A stretch of 62,018 nucleotides of DNA, the filler included, from Kipferlia bialata (lineage: Eukaryota), in the NCBI GenBank assembly GCA_003568945.1. It is 4 parts of 4 records of this genome, joined end to end, with 100 filler letters (N's around TTAATTAATTAA, not from the genome) between each part and the next. Parts side by side here need not be neighbours in the genome. Positions count along the whole stretch, not along the records: positions 1 to 22,887 come from BDIP01000274.1; 3 more parts are not named here. The stretch is one strand, 5' to 3'. This document shows positions 1-15,300 of the stretch, in pieces (within the stretch, counting starts at the first letter, position 1; each line of letters begins with the position of its first letter). The notes under the pieces were generated by a model. The model ran no database searches, was not told where the DNA came from, and worked only from the letters and a program-made list of their open reading frames with translations. Made by a program: the position numbers and the translations under genes.

Positions 1-119
1 GCATGGGGTTTGTTGTTGGCTTCGTCCCCCCCCCCCCCCCACCCCCCTCTCCCTCTCCCTCCTTCACCTATATGTACAGACACCTCTCTCCATCTCTCTC
101 CATCTCTCTCTCACCTCAG

Positions 120-499
120 GTATCAGGGCGTCCCCAAGGCTGCACCTCAGGTATGGGAAGAAGCACTTGAACAATTGGTATTAGTGCATATGTGTTTGGC
201 TGTGTTCTCTAGCATATGTGTGTTTCATGTATTTCCAGTGTCAGTCCAAGAAGCTCAGTAGCTCCCTCTTCTCTCTCCCCCTCTTTCCTTCGCAAATATA
301 TTCGTTCCACCTCTCCTCATCAATCTCCTGTGGCTCTTGGTGCGGCATGCGAGTAGACCACCTGTCTATTTGTCTCTCTTTTATTGACATCTATACTATT
401 CACCTCTTTCTCCCATCATCTATTAGCTTCAGAGTAGTCATGTGCTTGTGCTCACTCATGTCCATCTCATTCTCACCAGGCCCTGGCCCCTTACCCAAA

Positions 500-549
<50 letters not shown>

Positions 550-3500
550 TGTCTCACCAATCAGGCACTGGCCCCGACCTGTAGCGTGTCCATCAGCCAC
601 CGTACGTGCCTTCACACTTCTCTGCCCCCCCCCCCGATTCTCATTCTATTTGTGGTATCTCTTTCTAAATCGTACTCTCTCTCATTCCGTCAATCTATAT
701 GTACATATCTATTCCTCACCCTGATGCTGGATTACTTACACACACATACATGTTCATATATATATGTATATGTACATGTGTATATGGGAATTAGAAGAAT
801 ATACACTAAGGCCCACATACATGTACATCTGTGGAGTCTCACCCCCACGTGACATTGTTCATATATACATATACATAAAGAATTGTATATACTATAAGAA
901 TTTTGTACAGTAAATATATCACCTCACCCCCAGGTGATGGTGACCCACACTTCAGACAGGTCGTGGAGACACAGGTATGTAAGAGATGTGTATATTATGT
1001 ATATCACTACACACCACTACCTCTACACCCCTTAACACCCAGTCCGGTCTCAAGCAGTACCAGAGGTTCTTTATGTACTCTCTATATATATGTTCTTTAT
1101 GTACTCTCTCTCCCTCTACACCCCTAGTTATCTCCCTCTACACCCTTACCACCCAGTCTGGTCTCAAGCAGTACCAGGTCAAGGGCAGAGAGTACACAAT
1201 GTACATTGTGGTGGTACGTATAAATATGCATATATACAAGTATGCATTTGCATATATATCCCTAACTCATATTCCTCTCTACACCCTTGAGAGAGAGTAC
1301 ACATTGTACATTGTGGTGGTACGTATACAAGTACATATATACAAGTGTGTATTTGCATATATACCCCACATTCCTCTCAACACCCTTGAGAGAGAGTACA
1401 CAATGTACATTGTGGTGGTACGTATACCCATAAGTATCCCTACACCCATATAGTCCCTATATACACAATTCATATCATTGTGGTGGTACGCCTCTCTCTC
1501 TCTCTCTCTCCCTGCCTCCTAATTCCCTCCCTGTCATTTATCATTCTGTACGTACGCCCTTATTGCCCTCTACACCCTTAATCCCCAGGTCCCTGATGTC
1601 ACCTCACCAGCCACCATCCAGGCACTCGACGCCATGCACCACAGGTATAACACTCTTTCTCTCTATTGTGGTATTTATATGAATTTTTGTATACATGCGT
1701 AAATATCTTACCCGTAGCCCCCATCCTGATTACCCTATTCTCTCTCCCGTTCCTTTTGTATCTACCTCCTATCAATGTATGTCATATATATATACAGTGT
1801 TCATCCCTAGGCTCCCCCCCCCCCATAATGATGACCCTGTATTTTGATAATACTATTCTGTCTCTCTCTCTCCTTCTATATCTATCTTCCTATCAGTATT
1901 TATACATCTCATCCCTAGGTTCCTCCCCCCCATCATGATGACCCTGTTCACAGACGACAAGGATATGGCCGGGATGCAGGTATCACTATATATGAATTAG
2001 TATATATATATATATATATATAGTATCTAGAGCATGTGCATGAAATGTATATGTACTTTTAGTTACTAATACCTGTTCACAGAGGACAAGGACATGGCTG
2101 GGATGCAGGTACAGTTCTTGCTCTCTCTCTCTCTCTCCCCCTCTACACCCTTAATACCAGGACCATGTGACCACCCACCTTCTTGTGGTGCCTGACACAC
2201 TGGCAGTCACACAGAGGACATTCAGTGCACTGCAGGTAGAGCATATTAATGCATAGTATAGTACATCCATCGTATGTATTAGAAACTGGTGATTAGTTAA
2301 GTATTATCCATTGAAGATAGTTATTATGCTCTAACACTAGTCCATCGCAAGCATCACTATCTATTTATATACTAGGCCTAGTATTATCGAATCTGTTCAT
2401 CCAGTCCATCACCAACAAGTTCCGGTCTTGTATATATTCTAGTATACCTATATATGTGTGTACATATTACATACTGTATGTACAATATATCCTCTGACCC
2501 CCAGTCCATCACCAACAAGTTCTGGTTCGGAGGCATCACCTTCCTTCAGGCCAGGGTGCACAGAGGTATGGATATATGCTAGTATATATACATTTCTATA
2601 GAATACACATGTATGTCATTCATTATATAATTGTTAATAATAATATGGCATTGATACAGATGTGTAAATTCAAGCCTCACCTTCCTACAGGCCAGGGTGC
2701 ACAGAGGTATGTATGGGTATATTTACTATACATAGCACTAGTATAGTATCATATCATGTCGATATATGTATAGTATAGTATTGATAATATGTATTGAGAA
2801 TCTATCACATTCTTACAGGCCAGGGTGCACATTCATACAATGTATATTGTTTATCATAATACTCAGTATACTATTGATGTGTGTGTGAATACTAGTCGGT
2901 GTCAATACATATCTGCACCCTAATTCCAGGCATTCCCTTCTGCCTGGGCATCCCCAACATACTCGCTTACCTCTTCGAGAGCCAGCAGGTATGGATAGGA
3001 TACATCACATCTGCTTAACTCTGTATATATTCACATGTGAGTTCTTACAACCAGGCTGATCTAGGCCGAGACATGCACCATAGTATACAACATTTACACA
3101 CACACACATATATATATACGTACATATATGTATATAAATATGATATACTAATATCCAGGCTGACCTTGCCCGAGACATGCACCAGCGCATTGGCATGTAC
3201 TACAGTGCAGACACACACGCAGCGGCATTCAAGGTATAGATATAAACCTTCTTCTAATATGTACTGGATATAATTGTGCTCTCTATTCTTACGCCCCAGT
3301 ATGCAGCTGATGCACTGAGTGTGTTTCAACAACTATGTACTTATACTTATACATTGTTGTATTACTAGCTATGGCTCTATTGAATCGTGCCTCACCCCAG
3401 TATGCAGGTGATGCCCTGAGTGTCTTCTGTGACACGTGGAACAAGTCGCAGGTAGGATATATATATGTCTATCTATATATAAGTGTAACTATATGTATGA

Positions 3501-6361
3501 AAATGCTCTATGCTACTAGTTTCTTCTGTGACACATGGAACAAGTCGCAGGTATTGAATATATATACATATATGTATATTCTATGTACACCAGTACGTTA
3601 CGTATGTTACGCCTGGAGCAAGTCGTAGGTATTGGGTGTTCACATTCATGAAACATTACTGTTTTGTTAATGAATATAATGATTAATCTGTATATCCATA
3701 TATGTATATTGGTATATCTTACCCCAGGCCTACACCCGCCTTGGTGTGTCACTGGATGCCAAGACACTCCTCAAGGAGGTAAGAATGTGCATGATGTACA
3801 TTAAGAGTTTGAATTCTATGTATACTATGTATACTGTGTATACTAGGTACGACCATTTCTATATGAGTACCATGTATGTATTACCAAATGATATATTCGT
3901 ATCTGACCCTCCCAGCAGCTGCTCGTCTACAAGTATGTACTTAATACCTCTTGTACACTACTGGTATCTTCATCGCTTCATCGCTACTCTCTTTGTATCG
4001 TGTAGGAGTCTCACCCCAGCAGCTGCTCGTCTACAAGCTCACAGGGACACCACTCATCCCAATCGGAGGTACATACAAGTATACCTGCTGTGGATTTCCT
4101 TGGTTCTTCACCAGAATTTGAGTTCTAATCTCCAGAATATGATGTTTGTTCCCATGCATTTCGGTCTCTTTCTCTAATCCCCAGAGTCCCCTGCGCAGAA
4201 GAGAGAGCGGGAGGAGAAGGAGAGAGAGATGAGAGAGAGAGAGAGAGTGCAGCAGGAGGAGAGGCAGAGGAAGGCCTTTGTGGCACTCACACCGGTGGAC
4301 CTGACACCAGAGATTGTGCTGGGTAATCTATCTCTCTACTATACTCTCGTTCCTCCGCACATAACCAGCCCATAACCGGCCCATAATCACCACATTCATC
4401 TCTCTACATATCATTTTTCCCTAGTGTATATATATTAAGAATAATTGTTTATGTTACCCCCAGGTGTCCTCCGTGCTAGGTTGGTACCAATTACTATTAG
4501 TGTACTTAGTAGATTATACATTAATATACATTAGAGCATTCCTTGAAGTAGTAAATAGTAAATTAGTTTGTATATACCTCACCCCCATGTGTCCTCCGTG
4601 CCCACAATCACCACTCGGTCAGGGCACCAGTCACACGGGCACTGCAAGGTATAATTCTTACTGTGTATAGTAATTTTCTAAACTGTGTGTGTATATGTAT
4701 TATTTCTAAACTTTGTATATGTATTAAAATATCTTATATCGTGTAATATATGGTCCATGTCAACCACTCGGTCACCAGTGAGAAGGACACTGCAAGGTAT
4801 ATATATGGTATTATGCCTGACCCTGTTGTATGTACACAAGGACACTGCAAGGTATCATACATTCTGTAATATGGAGTGTTTATCTCCCCGTCTATCCCTC
4901 TTTTTCCCTTATTGCCAGACGTGCTGTCCTCCCGCCGTCCCACCGCCCCCATCCCCGGTCATGCCATGCTCATACTGTGGGGGGCAGAGAGCCAGGTAAA
5001 TGTGTACTATATACACATGTAGATATATATATATATAGTATAGTATAGTAACGTATGGTATACCCCATCCCCGGTCATGCCATGCTCATACTGTGGGGGG
5101 CAGAGAGCCAGGTGTGTATAGTATACATGTATATATAATGTACTATTGTATACTCCATACCGTGTGTAGTAATACACCCTTGCATCAGGTCGGCGTGTCC
5201 CACCTGTATGGCCATGTCCCGATCATTGTTACTATCATATATATCTATCTAAATATATATCTATATACCTACTAGTGTATATATACCTTAACCCTCAGGT
5301 CGGTGTGTCCCACCTGTATGGCCATGTCCACAACAGTGGGGTCACGGCATCAAGTCTCATGGCTGAGGTACTGTATGTGTTCATGTATATATATATATAG
5401 TATATGCTGTTGTATGTGTATAGTGTCATATACAAGTATGTGTCCACAACAGTGGGGTCACTGTATATGTATATATATTAGTGTAAGGATTAATATATAT
5501 ATATATATATATATATACTATATGTCCACAACAGTGGGGTCACGGCATCAAGCTTAATGGCTGAGGTACTGTATGTGTGTATGTATATCCCTTCTCTCTA
5601 GTATACTTGGATATATGTATTCCAAAATACTCTCTCACAATATATATCTCCCTCTAGCCCCCCACATGCCCTTATTACCTTCTCTCCCCCCTCCCCCTCT
5701 ATATATATACAATTGTATATACACATATACATTTCTATATATATGTATACGACCTCACTCCAGCCCACCCCCCATGCCCGAGTTGCCTTCTCTCTCTCTC
5801 TCTCTCCATCTCTCTATATAGTATACCCTTCTTACACTAGCCCACCCCCCATGCCCGAGTTGCCTTATCTCTCTCTCTCTCTCTCCCACTCTCTCTAATA
5901 CCAGCCCACCCCCCATGCCCGTGTTGCCTTCTCCTCTGCTGCTGTCATGGACATGGACAAGGTGGCACTCAAGAAGGTATGGAGTATATGTATTATAGGT
6001 ATATTATATATATATATAGTATATATCATTAATGAATTATATATAGTTGTATATACTGCCTTCTCCTCTGCTGCTGTCATGGACATGGACAAGGTGGCAA
6101 CAAAGAAGGTATGATATACATATTCTAACTAAGGTATATATTTGTATAGTATTATACTATATGTATATTACTCCTCTGCTGCAGTCATGAACATGGACAA
6201 GGTTGCGATGAAGAAGGTTTGATATATGATATATATAGAAATATATGGCTCCTGTAACGTATACATCCTTACCCTCAGAACGCCCTTGCCGCTGAGCCCT
6301 ATGCAACCATGGCCAGACGGATAGGAGAAGTACTCACAGAGGTAACATTATATATACACGC

Positions 6362-6392
<31 letters not shown>

Positions 6393-9300
6393 GAGAGAGA
6401 AAGAGGGAGAATCTATGCCCCCATGGTCGCGTAGGAGATGTACTGACGGAGATATATATTGTATATATAATAATCATGTCTTCCAGATATTTCTCTTTAT
6501 CAGTAGAATTGCACTTACCACTGGAAATTTTTAGTATACTTTTGGCTCACCCTTCCAGTGGGCATCTGCCTCTCTCAAGGTGTCATTGATATCTCTCCCA
6601 TCAGATACGGGTATATATATCGATATCTTTACTCTTCTAACCCCCAGTGGGCCTCTGCCTCCCTCAAGATATCCTTCATATCATCTGCCACATCGTATAT
6701 GCATGTGTATTTATGTATATATCCGTCGTCTCACCCTTCCAGTGGGCCTCTGCATCCCTCAAGGTGTCTGTGGTTATAGCTGGCACCATGGCAGACAGTG
6801 CAAAGTGAGTATTTATACAGGAAATACGATAGAATTTATATGGAACATATAGTATACAGTATAGAGAGAGATAAGTGTCATAGCTGGCAAGATGGCAGAC
6901 AGTCCAAAGTGAGTATATAATAGTAGTATATAGTATATATAGTGAATATAGTACATATAGTACATATAGTACATATTGGTAATATATACAATAATATGTA
7001 TGAATACGCACTGGCCTTGGGATGCACTTCAACATAGCCTCTCTCTCTCTCTCTCGCTTCCATTATAATAATAATATGCTGGGTATCCTCTGACCCCAGC
7101 TGGCGCACTGGCCTTGGGATGCTGCTGCAGCCCTTTGGCAGTGCATGTGCACACGACATCACAGACGAGGTGTGTATACAAATGTATATATGTATTAGTA
7201 TACATTGGTATTTCCTTTACTCCGAGGATTTGTTCTCATCTTTGGACGTTCCCATCATTGCTCAATACTGAGTATTTGCATTTTCTATAACATTAAGATG
7301 TATATATATATGACTTGTTTACATCTGATTATCAGGACCTCCTCCCCTTCCTTGGCCGTGCCGCTGACTACATATCTGGCATGGACCTGCCCACATTCCA
7401 CACAGACAGTAGGGTGGCTAAAGGTACGTTATATGGTGTGTTATGCATTTGCAGTGTGTTACACCTCCTTCTAGCTCTAGCGAGCCCCTAAACCTCTCTC
7501 AGTATGAGGTTATAGTGGTATTTGTTCCATCTCTATAATCACTTTCCCTTTCCGCCAGTCACCTCCTCTGCCCTGACAGAGCAGATTTCTGTCTCTCTTT
7601 CTCTCTCTCGCACCAGACCATGCTGTCGGAGTCACTGGGGAGACTGGCCATACTGCAGGTGTGTGTATAGTATATATACTCTAGTAATAGTTGTGTGTCA
7701 TAGTGTGTTTTGCTATTAGAAACATGCTGTGTGAGTCACTGGGCAGACTGGCCATACTGCAGGTATTTGCAGTAAGTATCATGTGTTATATACTCTATAT
7801 AGAGCAAGACAACGATATGTGTTACCAGACGATGCTGTTAGAGTCACTCGGCAGTAAATATATATAGATTATACATATAGTATTACATATCTAGGTGTTA
7901 TATATCTAGTATGTTCATTCATTTTGTAGAAAATAGAGTCTATACAAAACCCAAATGCCCCACCTCAGGCCCAGTCTACCAGGGCTAATACAGTATATTG
8001 TCATACATTATATAGAGATGATAGAATATGCTCCCTATTAGTGCTGACCCCAGGCCCAGTCTGCTGCGAGGGCCAAGGCTGACAGCCAGAAGAAGAGAGA
8101 GGAGGAGAGGGAGAGAGAGAGAGAGGAGGAGAAGAGAGAGAGAGAGAGAGAGGCGCAGGTGGCAGCTGAGAGGGAGGCCAAGGCTGCCCAGAAGGTGTGT
8201 AGTAGTGTACATTTATACATGCTATGTACTCCTATATGTATAGCAGTACTGATACCGGCAATATCCCAACACTATATTTGTGTGTATGGACAGATATATG
8301 GGTTTATACTGACCACAGGCGAAGGCCAAGGCCGCCCTCCTGGAGAGGGAGAGAGACACTGAGGGAGAGTATGGCGAGACCGACTACATTGAGGACTTCA
8401 TCGACATGCTCTTTGATGCATTTCCACAGGTATCTACGATATATATAGTATATACACTACATCGAAAGTTGGTAGATAGGTTGTCATGTTATTCGTGTTT
8501 ACATATTAATTAGACTTCATCGACATGCTCTTTGATGCATTCCGACAGGTACTATAAGTTTAGAGTATATATACTAAATTGACGAATCTTTATCTACAGT
8601 TCTATTTGTGTTATATAGGACTTCATCGACATACTCTTTGATGCATTCCCACAAGTATCTAATGTACTGTGGTTGGTAGATGTGCAGTTGTGCTAGTCGT
8701 GTATATATTGTACTAACCGATTGTCGATGCATTCCACAGGTACAAGTAGTAAACGTACAATTGAGGGTTTGCTGAGAGTACATAGACGATTTGTATGGTA
8801 TCTTCGTTGATGCCTCTATATATCTTGGAATATCACTCTAGGCCAGCGACAGATATGGGCGATGTTTAGTATGCATCTGTTTCGTATTGTAATATTTGCA
8901 CACATTTTTGTATATACCTTTTATGGATCTCATTCTAGGCCACCGACAGATACCCCCCTGATCCCTTCCCCCAGGAGGTCGTCATACCAAAGTGAGTCTG
9001 TGTGCATATACTGTCAACGTATGTATACCTACTTCCTCTTTCTTTCCACAGGCCCTTATATCAGGTCCACCCTCTATCTTGTTGTGGGTGCCAGATACAA
9101 CGACCAGGAGGCACTCACGGACAACCTGACCGGAGTCGGAATCAGGTATTCCATATATATAAAAAGTATTGTAATATATGGATGTATCATGTATATTATA
9201 TATATACATATATTATGTACGATGATCAGGAGGGACTCAGAAACAACCAAACAGGGGTTGACATTAGGTAATGTACATGCAATATTTCAGTATTATACTA

Positions 9301-11317
9301 CTTCATATTCTGGGGCTCGAAGCATTACCCTCCAGTGCTATATATCCACACCCATAAGAAGGTATGTATACCCTAGTTGTGACGTCTAAACCTAACATCA
9401 GCGTGAGGCATGTCCGTGCGAGTGGTGGCCAGATTGAGAAGATTAGCCAGGGCACAATCAACAGGGCTCAGTGCATAGGTATATATATACATATATATAT
9501 CTATATAATGCTATTATTCTATATTACTCTATATACAATATATACATACTTACATACATACATATGTATACACAATCCTCTCTCCTTCTCTCTCTCTCTC
9601 TCTCCCCCTCTACACCCTTAATGTCAGTCCTGAGTGTGGCTGGTCTGTCCGGGTATGGGGTGGATGCTCTGATAGCTGGTCTCATCAAGACACAGATGGA
9701 AGGGAGGGTACGACATATATACATACATCTATATATATTCAGAAGTATGTATCTCTGAATTTTTGTATACTTTGACTGGTCTCACCAGGACACAGATGGA
9801 GGGCAGGGTATGTACCCTCTCTCTCTCTCTCTCTCTTCAATCTCTACACTCTTTTACCCTGTAGACCATGCACCTCTTTGCCTCTAGGGGTGTAGTGCTC
9901 ACAAAGCCAGAGATCACACCTCTGCACTCGTTCATCGCTAGAGGTACCTAGTCGTTAGTCTTTCTCCCGTCACCTTGTCAAATTCTATTTTCTCTCTCTC
10001 ATTCATGTTTCTAACCCTCCAGCTACCGTGTCCAATGACCATTTCCACCTATTCTCTCTCTCTCTCTCTCTCTCACTCTCTCACTCTCTCTCTCTATATA
10101 TATATAACTCACATCAGCCACCGTGTCCAATGACCATGTACACCTTCTCAACGACATGCACCAGTGCAAGGAGATTGTGGCCAGACAGGTACATAGATGT
10201 ATATATATTGATGTATTATTTACACGAGTGTCAGTATGGTATAGTGTGTATATATAACTATGTATCTTCTGAATGACATGCACCAGTGCAAGGAGTTAGT
10301 CGCAAGACAGGTATACATATATACATAGTGGCATATCTATATCCTGTGTTGGTGTATATATATAATAGTATATTATTATATATATATATATACCTTTTTG
10401 TTTGTTATATGTATATTGTGTTATATTTAGTATATATATATTTAGTATTGGCTAATACATATATATTGTGTGGCCAGACAGGTATGTATAGTACTTAGAG
10501 ATGCATCATATATATTCAGTGATACAGATGATGCTAGATGTAGAATGTTACTAGACAAGTTAGTACTGTATCTGTATACGAAAGAATGAGGGACTCAATG
10601 GGAACCTGTGTTTCTGTCTCTCTTTACGGTATTTTCACTATTTTAGGTGTATCTTCATGCCCTAATCTGTATCGTTACTGACATTCAGCTCATTGACGAG
10701 GTCCGCATAGAGGCAACCCACACCGACCCCAACCTGAGGTACTGTGTATACTTTGTATGTGAATTTATATATATTGTATATTATGTATATTTTTTATACT
10801 GTATATATTTATACTTAGTATGTAATGTTTCTTGTCAATTGTTCTTTCATACGAACACTGAATGTAGTGTATATACACGATAACATATTTAATCGGGCCC
10901 CTCTAACTTCAGGATGTCAACACACACATATCTTGGTATTTAAGTAATTGTTCATTGCACGGTTTTCTAATAACCACAGGACCATTGTCAACAGGCACAT
11001 TGCCCAGCAGAGGCAGAGAGAAGAGGAAAGAGAGCAGAGGCGCATTGCTGAGCTTGCAGAGACTGGTTCCAAGGCTGACTTTGTCGGTCTACCTCTACCC
11101 ACCACTGCAGCTAGGTATACACGCACCCATTATATATATCTCTCTCTATATATATAGATAGAGATACACTCTGCCCACCACTGCAGCTAGGTATGGTCTC
11201 TCTCCCTCCCTCTGTTTCTCAATCTACCCACTAACCCCAGCCCCTCCCCCCCCCAAGTCCCTGCCCCTCCCTGTCATATATTGATTATATCCTTAATACA
11301 TATATATACATACATAT

Positions 11318-11354
<37 letters not shown>

Positions 11355-12346
11355 TGTATACATATACATATACATATCTAACCCCAGCCCCTCCCCTCCC
11401 AAGTCCCTCCCCCTCCCTGTGAATGGAGTGCTCAAGAGGAGTGCCAATCCCCCTCTCTCCTTACCCATACCCGGACTGGCATCTACAACATCTACCTCAG
11501 CTGCATCTACCTCAGCTGCTGTGTCGAAGCCTCTACCCCTACCTGGCACTGGTGCAACACCTAGTACAAGTGGTGCTGTAGCTAGTCCCTCCCTCCCTCT
11601 ACCCACTGGGACACCAGCATCTACAGCTGCCACTGCACCTCTGCCCCTGCCAGTGTCCACATCAATTAGTAGTGCTACTGCTACTCCAGCTGCTGGTGTT
11701 GCAGCAGCTGCAGCATCACTTACTAGGTTAGTCATCTACCAGTGTCCACCCCCAATGTATATGTTGTTACTGCTACTGCTCCAGCTGCTGGTGTATCTCT
11801 CACTAGGTTAGGTAGTGTAGTTTCAAGTACTGCAGCTGTATCCCTTACACGGTCAATCATACTAGTATACATGGAGAACATTCTAGTATTAGTATCAGTC
11901 TAGAGGTCTACACAGATAGTACAATACTGCATGTTGTCTCACCCCAGCAGCGTCCCCACCCTTCCTGTCTATGTCTCCCTATACACTGTGCATATATATA
12001 TATACATACTCATACTCGATATCTTTAGCTATACATAACACACTTCTAACGTCAGCAGCGTCCCCACCCTCCCTGGCTCTGTCTCCCTGTATGGCGGTGC
12101 AGCACTGCGCTTCCTGAACAAAGTGAGGGAGTCCACAACTAAGGAGGGAGAGAGAGAGGGAGAGAGAGAGGGAGAGGTTGTGGCACTTGTCGTGGTACCA
12201 GATTGTATTAAGGGTGCAGCCGAAGAGAATAAGGGTGCAGCTGAGTATGTACAGAGAGACATCTTGGACATGCTGGGTGTGATGGCAGTGGAGGTGGACG
12301 TCAGGCTAGGTAATGTACCATACCATATATATACTCTATATGTATG

Positions 12347-12377
<31 letters not shown>

Positions 12378-15300
12378 GTGATGGCAGTGGGGGTGGACGT
12401 CAGGCCAGGTATGTGCTCTGCCCTAACCCCCCACGCCACCTCTCTCTCTCTTCCTCGCTATATAGGTATATGTATATGTATGTGTGTGTGTATGTTCCTT
12501 ACCAAAGGTCTCTCCACCGTCCTGGGTCCCAAGACTTCTCTTGACTCCCCCTGTGTCCTTGTTCTGCCCCAGTCAGACGTGGAGGGACTCGACAACGGGG
12601 GGACAGAAGCAGGTATGAGGAATATATATATTGAAATATCTCATTATATACATACGTACAATATGAATATTTTGTATTCCTTACTCAAGGCCACTCCCTT
12701 CGTGCTGTCTCCGAGTGCCTGTCCTCTGTGTCATCTGTTCTGGCACCCACAAGTGTGTCAAGGGGGGTATACGCAGGTATTGTTAGTATATATGTAAATG
12801 GTGAGTATACTCCAAGTGTGTCTTCTGTGCTGGTACCTGTCACTAAGGGGGTATATGCAGGTATATATGGCGTGTAGGCTAGCACGCAGTACTAATACGT
12901 GTATATATATTTGTCTCACTCTTCTCACTCTTCAGCCCTCCACCGAGTGGACATGCGCTCTCTGCACCTATGTCTGTTCAGTTCCTTCAGACCCCTTACC
13001 CACTCTGCTACCCAGTCTGACGGGTGTGACAAGCCGTGTGACAAGCAGTCTGAGGGGGTCATTCTACAGCAGTGGACAGCCGCATGCCTCACCAGCTACA
13101 CTCCTGAGGTATGTATAAGAGTGTATATATAGTTCTTATATATATATATATGATATGTATACATTGAGGTAAGAGTATGTGTGTGTCTGCATATATATGT
13201 ACTACTGTGATTGTTGTTATGGTTGTAATATATGTATACTTACAGTAGGAGGAGCCCTGTGACATGACGCCCTCTGCCCTGTGGCCCAAGAAGACACAGC
13301 CACTCCCACTGCCAAAGGTATATATGAAAGTATCAATACAAGTACTGGAATATATATTATGTACATATAATACCCTCTGCCATAATAGTATACATATATA
13401 GGCATGTGTAGTATATGTATATATATATATATATATATATAATACCCTCTGCCCTGTGGCCCAAGAAGACACAGCCACTGCCACTGCCTAAGGTGTGTGC
13501 AATAGTATACACATATATACATGAAAATATGTAATATATATTATGCTGTCTACCTATATACTTACTATCAGGCCCTCTCCCTGCCCTCTGCCCCCTCCAA
13601 GATATATATGAACATCCTCCTATTGATATGACTATAGTACCTACTGACTCCTGATACCACCTGCTTCTCTCTAATCATTAGGCCCTCCCCCTGCCCTCTG
13701 CCCCCTCTCCATAGTGTTGTTACTCATATTCTGTATTTCTCTTTTGTAATGAATTACATATCATATATCTATAATTACTTACTGTCAGGCCCTCCCCCTG
13801 CCCTCTGCCCCCTCCCCTTCCAAGGCACCACTCCCACGCAGCAAGGTATGTATACGGAGTAGTAGTTGTAGTTCAAGAATGACATTAGACTGTCATCTAT
13901 CCAGTGACCCAGGTCCCCTCGCCCAATATTCATATTCTGTTACGTATATTATACACTCACCCCTAGGTCACCTCCCCCCTTGCCCAGTCCGTGTCACTGG
14001 CAGAGGACATACAGCCACAGGTATATACGTATGTATGTGTATAACCGTCGGCTCTATATGTATGGCTCTTGTTAGTATTTGTTACTCACCCCTCAGGTCT
14101 GGGAGGCATTTGAGATGACATTAGCTAGTAAATGGTTTTTTAAAATATAGAAAATGTGTATAGTAATGTACCCCCTTATCTGTAGGTCTGGGAGGCATTT
14201 GAGATGCCACTGGCTACTGTTATGTAATTGAGTCAATACACTATATATATATATATGTATTACATGTATATACATAAGTTCACTCACCCCTTAGGTGTGG
14301 GAGGCCTTTGAGATGCCAGGCTCAGCCTCCATGTTCGATGTCAGGTGTGTACATGTGTACAATTGTGTACATTCATTGTGTATATTAATATGGTATTAAC
14401 TATGGTATTTCGACGTCAGGTATGAAGTCATCTAAATTTGTGTGTATACTATTTGTATACTTCCTATTGACTATGTAAAAGTGACATATTGTATATCTAC
14501 ATCCCGTTAACCCTCCAGGGACGTCTCCTCCCGCATCGACCAGGACCAGGATATACTATTTACTGCCTATATATATACTCTCTCTATATATTACACCCTA
14601 TAACCCCTAGGGACGTCTCGTCCCGTATAGAGCAGGACCAGGAGATCAGCAACCAACCAGTACCTGCACCCGGCAGAATGGCAGGTTGGACCCTTATTAT
14701 ACACAGACTACACCCTTAACACATATACTAGACCCTTTTGTCATGTTTACTAAACCCTTCACATTCCAGACAAGACTGAGTCCTCCCCTGCCTCCGAGGC
14801 AGAGTCTGATAATTTCATTTCTTATAATACTGTATCTTTAATATTGTGTTATGCTATACCCTTACTTTCAGACAAGACTGAGTCCTCCCCTGCCTCAGAT
14901 ACTGAGTCTGAGTCAGTAGAGGAGGAGGAGGAGGATGTGCCTCTCATGCCCAGGGAGCCATACAGGTATCATATCTTTATGTGTATGTTATATACTCATA
15001 TATACATAATACTCCATAATACAGTAAGCTTATATACATGTGCAAATTACTATCAATATCATGCCCAGGGAGCCATACAGGTATTTTAAGACATTTCATG
15101 TGTTATATACTATATGCATAATACTCCACCACCCAAGAGCCTCTCATGCCAAGGGAGCCATATAGGTGTCTTAACATGTTATATACGTTACACACATATT
15201 ATACTATTATATATGAGTATATATGAGTATACTACCAGGGTTCTCTGATGCTAAGGCCCAACCCCTAGCTGAGAGGGATGTCCTCAGCATCAATACACAC

